NCBI GenBank assembly: GCA_963830365.1
Contig: CAWHMU010000037.1
Span: forward strand, 1 to 22,731
Reading direction: 5' to 3'
DNA: 22,731 nucleotides
Source of the DNA: an uncultured Chlamydiae bacterium
Lineage (GTDB): Bacteria; Chlamydiota; Chlamydiia; Chlamydiales; Parachlamydiaceae
The translations under genes were made by a program, and so were the position numbers. Each line of letters opens with the position of its first letter. The stretch's first letter is position 1. Shown piece by piece: positions 1 to 7,700 of the stretch. The notes below the pieces were generated by a model that saw only the letters and a list, made by a program, of their open reading frames with translations, ran no database searches and had not been told where the DNA came from.

Positions 1-111
1 AGCCCAAAAAAGCTTTGAAATATATTCACAATAAGGTTTATTAATCTAACTTCTCTGCTGCTACATAGGCCATGAGTTCTTTTGAGGTCTTGCAGATTGA
101 TCTCTTTGTAG

Positions 112-160
112 CCCGTAGTTAAGGCTCGCGAGCGAAAGCGAAGACAGCCGCAACTATGGG
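112..160. repeat. Imperfect nested hairpin (short palindromic element)
   Basis: CCCGTAGTT (112-120) pairs with AACTATGGG (152-160; one G-T). Inner GGCT (123-126) pairs with AGCC (146-149). A GC-GAAA-GC core lies inside. Confidence 0.5.
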
Positions 161-1317
161 AAAACGAATAATTGCATTTAACTCCGTAGGAGTTCCTCTC
201 TTTTTGCTTTCTTGACCGAATAGGCGAGGATGGCCCAAAAAATGAATTAAAATATTCGATTGATAGTTATGGGTAACGACAAGCTGATTACCAGAGACAA
301 ACTTAAATAGCTTAAACTGAATAGGTCCATAACATGATTTATAAAAATCCACTCATGTATTATTCCAACATTTTTCTTACAATAGTTGCCTTTTTTTTTA
401 TTTTGTGTCCAGTTTCGGCATTCGTTCAAGAAGATATGCATCCCATGAAAGAAAAAAAAGAAACTAGCAAAACGACAGACTCTCTACAGCTTCCTGTAAA
501 AATAGATGTTAAGCCCAAAGCTCTCGATTATGAAATTAGCCAACGGCTTGAAAACATATTAAAGTCTACAAACTGGTTTCTTGATCCAATTGTAAACGTA
601 AAAGATGGCGTTGTTTTCTTAGAGGGTAAAACTAAGACTGATGAATTCAAAAAATGGGCTGGAGAGTTGGCTCATAATACGCAAGACACTGTAGCCGTAG
701 TTAATAAAATTCAAGTTATGTCACCTTCCATTTCCGATTTTCAGCCAGTCATTGCTGGATTGCTTGAACAGTGGCGCAGGTTACTGCGGACAATTCCTTC
801 AATTTTTTTTGGCTTACTTATTTTAGTAATTACTTGGTTTGGCGTAAAAGGCATCACGTATTTAGTTCGCTTGATTTTGAAGAATAGGCTCAAAAACCCT
901 CTTCTTCAACGGGTGGTTATCTGGGGTATAGGTTTAGTAATTTCCCTGATTGGGTTATATACTGTTTTTCATTTAATGGGATTAACGGACATTGCGCTGA
1001 CTGTGATTGGAGGAACTGGTTTGCTGGGCATTATCTTGGGAATTGCTTTTAAAGATATTACAGAAAATCTTTTGGCCAGTATTTTTCTTAGTATTTACAA
1101 TCCATTTCAAGGAGGGGATTTGATTGAAATTGATGGGATCACAGGATATGTACAAAGTCTTACGGTTCGAAGCACAATTTTAATAACTTTAGATGGAAAT
1201 TATGTGCAAATACCGAATGCAAAAGTTTATAAAAGTAATATACGCAATTACACTAGCAATCCGAATCGAAGAGAAGATTTTATAATAGGGATCGGCTATG
1301 GAAGTGCCATTTCAGGC

Positions 1318-2523
1318 TCATCGTGCAAATGAGTACCTAACTTTGTGTAAACTATAGAGACGTAATTTAAAATACTCCATATCTCGAAATCCGTAAGCTT
1401 GGCGCTTCATTGTTTTAATCTTGTTATTGATCCCCTCAGTCTTTGCATTGGTGATGGGATGTTTAAAATAGTTTACCAATCCTTGCCAATGCCTAAGCAG
1501 GGTTTTTCCTGCCTTCTCCAGCTCATGTATCCCTGACTCCATAGTATCCATTATCCACCAAGCAAGAAATCTAGCCCCCTCTTTCACCGTCTGTTTAGAC
1601 CAAAATTGACGAATTTGCTCCTTCATTGCATGAGCCAAGGCTATCGGTTGATTTACTTCTAAAAGGCATTCCAAACTACTTTTTCTCTTAGAATCAAGTT
1701 TTTCATAGTTCCTTAAAAGTAAAAATCTCATTCCTTTAATGACTCTTAAGCCAACTTCATTGCATTTTGCCTGCTGATCTCTCCGGATTTCCTCGATTGC
1801 CGTATTCAATAATGCCACGACATGAAATCGATCAAATACTATGTCAACATCCGGTAAATGATTTTGTACAGCTGATGCATAGGCTGCATTCATGTCCATA
1901 GCCATCGCTTTGAGCTGTAAAGCCTTTTCCTTCAACTCTAAGAGGAATGGGATTACGCTTCCCATGCTTTTACCTTCTACGGCGTGAATGATTTCTCCTG
2001 TCTCAAGGTTGATGAAAATCGTCATGTATTCATGCCCTTTTCGAATACTAAACTCATCGATGCCCACGTATCGAAGGGATGTAAAATCGAAACTCTTATA
2101 CTCCCTCTGAAGATATGCTTTATGTATACCCTTCACGAGACTCCAAGAAACCCCAAGGAATTTTGCCACATGTTCTATTGTTGCAAACCCCATAAGATTA
2201 ATGACAAACTTCTCAAAGGAAGTGGTATAACGCTTTCTGGGCTTGACAAAGGGAATCGGGGGCCACCAAACGTGTAGGCAATTGACGCATTGAAGACGAT
2301 GTAGCCGCAGGTTGAGAAAAGCCATTTTGTTCCCTAGAGGGGCCATGCGAAGCCTACGTAACTTCAGTCCCTTCGATATGGATTCACTGTTCCCACAGCA
2401 AGGACAAAGTGTTTTTTTGGGTTGAAGAAGCGCCTCGAAAAGTATTTTGTCTTCATGATATTCACGATTCAGGACTTGAACATCTTCGATCTGATTGGTA
2501 TGGTAAAGCAGTGAAGCAGGCAT
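1318..2523 (-). CDS. ISL3 family transposase (401 aa)
   Basis: Zinc finger CPCC...CVNC and ISL3 DDE motifs GIDEFS, MDMNAAY, FDRFHV and TNAKTEGINNKIKTMKRQAYGFRD. Shine-Dalgarno AAGGAG lies upstream of the ATG; the stop codon is inside the terminal inverted repeat. Confidence 0.96.
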   Translation of the reverse strand: MPASLLYHTNQIEDVQVLNREYHEDKILFEALLQPKKTLCPCCGNSESISKGLKLRRLRMAPLGNKMAFLNLRLHRLQCVNCLHVWWPPIPFVKPRKRYTTSFEKFVINLMGFATIEHVAKFLGVSWSLVKGIHKAYLQREYKSFDFTSLRYVGIDEFSIRKGHEYMTIFINLETGEIIHAVEGKSMGSVIPFLLELKEKALQLKAMAMDMNAAYASAVQNHLPDVDIVFDRFHVVALLNTAIEEIRRDQQAKCNEVGLRVIKGMRFLLLRNYEKLDSKRKSSLECLLEVNQPIALAHAMKEQIRQFWSKQTVKEGARFLAWWIMDTMESGIHELEKAGKTLLRHWQGLVNYFKHPITNAKTEGINNKIKTMKRQAYGFRDMEYFKLRLYSLHKVRYSFAR

Positions 2524-2569
2524 ATTAAATCTCCTTTTTTGTCGAAGGATTTAATAAATTGTCTGCTTC
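2513..2569 (-). promoter_or_regulatory. Hairpin sequestering the transposase RBS and start codon
   Basis: Minus strand reads GAAGCAGACA-ATTT-ATTAAATCCTT-CGACAAAA-AAGGAGATTTAAT-ATGCCTGCTTC. The 5' arm pairs with the SD and the first codons. Confidence 0.7.
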
Positions 2570-3129
2570 TCTTTTTCAACTAGTTAAACTAGCCCCATTT
2601 CTTCGTTCTCCTCGGCTAGGTACTCATTTGCGCGATGAGCCCCATTTCAGATGCTCAAGAAATTACACTAAAAATTCTCAAGGAACATCCCGCGGTCCTA
2701 AGCGATCCTGAGCCATGGGTTTTAGTTGATAGCTTAAGCAGCACTACAGTGAATCTCCGAATCTATTTTTGGCTTGATGGAAAAAAACACAGTTGGTTGA
2801 AAGTTAGGTCCTCAGTCATTCGTTTAATCAAACGAGCATTTCAAGTGGGTGGCATTCCAATGCCAGATGAAGGACGTGAACGCGTTTTTCCAGATGGAAT
2901 TGTCGTTCACATGATTTCACAAAAAGCAGAGAAACTTGAAAACGACAAGACAGCAATCACTAATACGGTCCAAAATACTGAAAAAACAGGAACCGTTGCT
3001 ACTGAAGCAGAAGGAAAACTCAATTCTGAGGCAGAGGGCATCAAAGAGCAAGCACTTCAATCTCGAACGCCTGAAGAAGGTAGTAATCTTTTAAAAAAAT
3101 CCACCTAATCTTTCAAAAACCTATTAGGC

Positions 3130-3286
3130 CTAAAAACAGCAGTTGAAGACGGCAAATTGACACAACCATCTAAGCCATAATCGCTTGTATTAGTGAGCCC
3201 TTCACCTTTTGTATATGATCACTCACCACAAGCGATTCTGACTTACGATCTTATATCACTTTGCTGTCTAAAACTGCCGTTTCTAG
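3130..3286. repeat. Long imperfect palindrome (157 bp), MITE/REP-like
   Basis: Outer arms 3130-3160 and 3256-3286 match 25/31. Inner arms 3171-3188 and 3228-3245 match 16/18. Each side has a 10-nt spacer between outer and inner arm. Confidence 0.75.
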
Positions 3287-3466
3287 ATTAAACCGTTCAT
3301 TGCGATGGATGCTAAATCCGAAAAGGGGTCAGAAAAATTCGACCGCACATGTGCGGGATGATTGATGCCCCGACAGGCACAAAGACTAAAAGGTAATCTA
3401 TAAGTAGACAAAAATACAGATATTTTTTAAAACGCAAGATTCCACACCGCAGCAAAGGGAAAGCTT

Positions 3467-3949
3467 ATGTCTTCAGCCAGTTCAGAATTCAATGATGTAT
3501 ATCTCCCCCCTCCAACCTATGAAGCTTCATATCCTGACATGCTTGCCGCTGCGCATAGTGGGGTCAATCCTACAGTGATCATGATTTCTCCCGTTGGCTC
3601 CCGTGCGCGCTTGATTCCAGCTTCAGAATATGGGGACCTTTTTAAAAACTTCAAATCATATCAGTCGTGTTTCATGCAGGAACGTATCGAGCTCAGCAAC
3701 ACCTCTCGTTTAAAAGAAGTTGAAAAGGCGCTGCAAGCAAGGGCATGTATTTCGGGAGAAAATGAATATATTGAACATGCAAAAATCTTTGCCTTCCTGT
3801 ATGCGATGGCAAACAACGAACCTCTTTTACCTGAACAGATTTTGCCGCTTGAAAAGGTGGTGGGAAATAAAATTGGGCACTTTGCTCTATCTTTAGAGAA
3901 TTCATCAGATGAAGATCAGAGCACCGCTAGTTGCTGCGTTATAACATGA
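3467..3949 (+). CDS. Hypothetical protein (160 aa) with PPxY and C-terminal CaaX motifs; candidate secreted effector
   Basis: Sole long ORF in the interval, with purine-rich AAAGGGA upstream of the ATG. Ser-rich N-terminus, LPPPTYE at residues 13-19, ends in SCCVIT-stop. No family recognised. Confidence 0.7.
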   Translation: MSSASSEFNDVYLPPPTYEASYPDMLAAAHSGVNPTVIMISPVGSRARLIPASEYGDLFKNFKSYQSCFMQERIELSNTSRLKEVEKALQARACISGENEYIEHAKIFAFLYAMANNEPLLPEQILPLEKVVGNKIGHFALSLENSSDEDQSTASCCVIT

Positions 3950-3953
3950 CAGG

Positions 3954-4075
3954 GACAGGGGTCATGACAGGGGTCAGGCTTGGTATTCAGTTATTTCCAT
4001 AGTAAGTGCGCCGAAGGTCAAAGGATGCTGGCTGAATAGCTAAAGGGCAGCATACACGAATGCCAAGCCAGATCC
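3954..4075. repeat. GGGGTCAG-type inverted-repeat element with terminal stutter
   Basis: GGGTCAGGCTTGGTATTC (3971-3988) versus GAATGCCAAGCCAGATCC (4058-4075) match 15/18 as inverted repeats. GACAGGGGTCA occurs in tandem at 3954-3964 and 3966-3976. Confidence 0.6.
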
Positions 4076-4146
4076 ACGCCGTTTTGATTAAAAAGATTTG
4101 ATAGGTAGCACGGATATTGGTTTAACTTCGGCCAGCATGCATTTGC

Positions 4147-4406
4147 TGCTAAGCCCCGTCAAGGGGCGGCCATATTTGTAGCCCACGGTGTAGCGTCAAC
4201 AACGCAAACCGTGGGTCACCATCCCAAAGCAATCCAGCCCCAGAGGGGCGTTATAATTCCTTCACTGCTATCAGCAAGGATGAAAATCAAAAAACAATTA
4301 CAAAGCCCCCTCGGGGCTGTTTTTCTTTCTTATGATAACCATGGTTTGTGCCCTTGGCACTACACCATGGGCTACAAATATGGCCGCTCCTTAACGGGTC
4401 TCAGCA
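4147..4406. repeat. Inverted doublet of GTAG-tagged REP-like units (REPIN-like)
   Basis: Arms 4147-4193 and 4360-4406 match 42/47 as inverted repeats, and homology extends over units of about 112 nt (4147-4258 and 4296-4406). Each unit has GTAG followed by a hairpin, plus GCCCC-N3/5-GGGGC hairpins (one degenerate). Confidence 0.85.
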
Positions 4407-4503
4407 AAAAAGACATCATGCCAAATCGGACGCGCGCTCTGGCACGGCGAGTTTATATCACTAAATAGGCTATCAAAACTTTTTAATCAAAAGACCCTGA
4501 GCC

Positions 4504-4618
4504 AGACCCCAATTTTTCCAAGTTTATCGATATCAACGTTTAGAGAAATCAATACAAATCGCTCGAATCGCAGCTCCCTGCCACTTTCATAGATTTTCGG
4601 CCGTACGAATTGGGGTCT
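4504..4618. repeat. Short element bounded by perfect 11-bp inverted repeats
   Basis: AGACCCCAATT (4504-4514) and AATTGGGGTCT (4608-4618). Confidence 0.5.
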
Positions 4619-4700
4619 AATCCCAGCATTTTTTGAGAAGATACATCTTTCTTCTGTATTGCTGTCCACTATATCCCTTTTATCCGCTTCATCTGCAAGC

Positions 4701-4728
4701 AAAAAAAAGGGAGTCCGTGAGGACTCCC
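4701..4728 (-). terminator. Intrinsic terminator after rpoC
   Basis: Minus strand GGGAGTCC-TCAC-GGACTCCC-TTTTTTTT, about 30 nt after the rpoC stop. Confidence 0.92.
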
Positions 4729-4760
4729 CTGTATTTTCTACGCTGTCATTTGAAGCGACG

Positions 4761-7700
4761 TTAAGCAGCTGGCGCTGTATCTTCGAAGTCGAAGACGAGT
4801 TCGGCTTCCAGTTCGCGGTCGACAAACTTCTTGACGCGCTTATGGCGTTCAAAGCCTGTGCCACCAGGGATGATATGACCCATGATGACGTTTTCTTTGA
4901 AGCCGAGCAGGTAGTCTGTCTTACCGGCGCAAGCCGCTTCTGTCAATACGCGTGTCGTATCTTGGAACGAAGCCGCCGAGATGAACGATTCGGTACTGAG
5001 AGACGCCTTGGTGATACCGAGCAGGACCGGTGTGGCTTGCGCCGCTTTGCCGCCTTCTCTCGTTACCTTGGCATTCTCCAGTTCGAATTCCTTCTTATCA
5101 ATCTCTTCGCCAAACAGCAAGCTGGTATCGCCTGGGTCGACGACGCGCACTTTCTTGAGCATCTGACGTACGATGATCTCGATGTGCTTATCGTTGATGT
5201 CCACACCCTGCAGACGATATACTTCTTGTACCTGGTTGACCAGGTATTTCTGCAATTCGCGCACACCGCAAATCTCAAGGATTTCGTGCGGGATGACGAC
5301 GCCATCGGTCAGCTGTTGCCCCTTAATGACATGGTCACCGCGCTGGCAGATTAAGTGCTTGGTATGAGGGATTAGATGTTCCTCTTCCATGCCTGAATCT
5401 TCATCATGCACCACGACGATACGCTTGTTCTTCTGGACGCCGCGGAAGTCGACCACACCGTCGATCTTGGCGATTTCAGCCGATTCTTTTGGCTTGCGTG
5501 CTTCGAAGAGCTCGGCTACCCGCGGCAGACCGCCCGTGATATCCTTGGTCTTCATGGCCACGCCCGGCAACCTGGCTAGCAACGTACCGGCAGTCGAATA
5601 ATGACCTTCTTCTACCGAGATGATGGCGCCTGAAGGCAGTGGGTAGGTACCCACCAATTCTTTGCAGGCTTTATCAGAATAGATGACGATCTGAGGATGC
5701 AATTCACCGCGGTGTTGTTTAACAATCAGCTCGGTCTGGCCGGTCTGCTTGTTGACGTCACGTTCAGTGGAGATCCCTTCAACTAAGTCTTCATATTTCA
5801 CATAGCCTGGGCGGTCGCAAATGATCGGGATATTATGTTGTTCCCATTCCGCGACTTTAATGCCGGTCTTGACTTTCGAGCCATCGGCCAGCAAGATCTT
5901 GGTGCCGAGTTCGACTTTGAAAGTCTGCAAGGCCTCAATGGACTTAGTGCCGAGGAGTTTTTTGTATTCTTCAAGCGTACGGCCTTCATCGCGGACGATG
6001 TTGAGGTAACCGTTTTTATTAAGCGCTACCCACTGACCTTCAGCATTCTGCACGGTACGCAGATCGGTATAGATCAGCAAGCCTTCGACTTCAGAAACGA
6101 TTTCAGGTGTCAGACCGGCAGAGGCAATACCACCCAAGTGGAAGGTACGCATCGTGAGCTGGGTGCCCGGTTCACCGATCGACTGGGCGGCGATGATACC
6201 GACAGCTTCACCCATGCTGACACTGCGGCCATTGGCCAGGTTGACGCCGTAACATTTAGCGCATACCCCGCGGCGTGTTTCACAAGTCAATACCGAGCGG
6301 ATTTTAACGTTTTCAATACCGGAGTCATCGATGGCTTCAGCTTGTTGGATATTCAGCGTGTCGCCTGATTTGGCCAATACTACGGTGCTATCGCCAGGCA
6401 GGAAGATATCGTCGCAAACGGTACGTCCGAAGATACGATCCTTCAATGGCAGGAGTTCTTCCTGGCCTTGTTTGATGGCACATACGTCGATGCCATTCAG
6501 CGTGCCGCAATCAGGTTCCGTAATGATCACGTCCTGTGCCACGTCGACCAGACGGCGGGTGAGGTAACCGGAGTCGGCCGTTTTAAGCGCCGTATCCGCC
6601 AACCCTTTACGCGCACCGTGGGAGGAGATGGAAAACTCAAGTACCGTCAAGCCTTCACGGAAGTTTGAGGTAATTGGGGATTCAATGATCGCCCCTGATG
6701 GTTTCGCCATCAAGCCGCGCAAAGCGCCGAGCTGTTTGATCTGCGATTTGTTACCGCGCGCACCGGAGTCCATCATCAGGTACAATGGATTCTTCTTGCC
6801 GTCTTTAACTTCACTGATGAGCTTGAAGAGGTCTTCCGACAAGGTGTCTGAGACTTCGGTCCAGATGCTGATCGTCTTGGAATGGCGCTCACCTTCGGTG
6901 ATGATACCATCTTCGTATTGCTTCTTAACTTGAGACACACGCTCGTGTGCTTCGTCAATGATCTTCTGCTTATTGACAGGAATGCGTACGTCGCATACAC
7001 CCATCGACAAGGAAGCCCGGGTGGCTTCAGCGAAGCCTAGCGACTTCAGGTTGTCAAGGAAACGCACAGTAGCTTCAAGACCGACTTTCTTGTAGCACTG
7101 CATGATCAATTCGCCCATTTTCTTTTTGGGCATGCTGTAATTCTGGAAGCCGAGCTCTTTTGGCACGATGGTATTGAAGAGCACACGCCCAGGTGTTGTC
7201 TCGATGATGCTGCCATCATCGGTACGCAATTTGATCAGCTCGTGGATACGCATACCGCGGTTGTAATACGAATTATCGCCTACGGCTTTTTCATACCAGT
7301 TATAGCTGCCACTATTGTATAGCGCTTGCAGCACTTCCTGCGTATCGCGGAACACGCGCGTCTGCTTGCCGTAGTCCTCCGGCATATACATCGGATCGCA
7401 CATCAGATAATACAAGCCAAGGGTCATATCTTGCGACGGTACGGCCACAGGCTTACCAGAAGATGGCAGGAAGATATTGTCCGGCGCCATCATCAGCAGC
7501 TTAGCTTCTAGCTGAGCTTCGACGGATAGCGGCACATAGACGGCCATCTGGTCACCGTCAAAGTCGGCGTTGAAAGCCGCGCATACCAGCGGGTGGATAC
7601 GGATGGCTTTACCTTCGATGAGCACCGGCTCAAAGGCCTGGATGCCCAAACGGTGCAACGTTGGTGCACGGTTAAGCAGCACAGGATGCCCTTTAATAAT

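Larger units (their letters stand above)
1315..2641 (-). mobile_element. Complete ISL3-family insertion sequence (1327 bp)
   Basis: Terminal inverted repeats GGCTCATCG(T/C)GCAAATGAGTACCTA at 1315-1339 and 2617-2641 (24/25 match), flanked by the 8-bp direct repeat CCATTTCA at 1307-1314 and 2642-2649. GG ends and 8-bp duplications are typical of ISL3. Confidence 0.97.
334..3108 (+). pseudogene. mscS: BON-domain small-conductance mechanosensitive channel (MscS family), interrupted by ISL3; fragments 334-1314 and 2650-3108
   Basis: Signal-peptide-like N-terminus, BON-like segment (DYEISQRLENILK...VKDGVVFLEG...AVVNKIQV), transmembrane helices and MscS signatures (GIILGIAFKDITENLLASIFL, PFQGGDLIEI, RSTILITLDGNYVQIPN). 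Removing the IS and one target copy joins ...GIGYGSAIS to DAQEITLKIL... in frame, giving about 479 aa from the ATG at 334 (ATG 355 is an alternative start). Confidence 0.92.

Noticed and set aside
119..441. Short minus-strand ORFs 119-352 and 247-441
   Set aside because: They overlap the mscS start or the hairpin and show no family resemblance.
4211..4468. 85-aa ORF
   Set aside because: Lies over the REP-like doublet and has no recognisable protein features.
3109..4700. Repeats considered as a CRISPR array or integron attC cassettes
   Set aside because: No regularly spaced direct repeats, no cas or integrase gene, and the palindromes are unrelated to each other.
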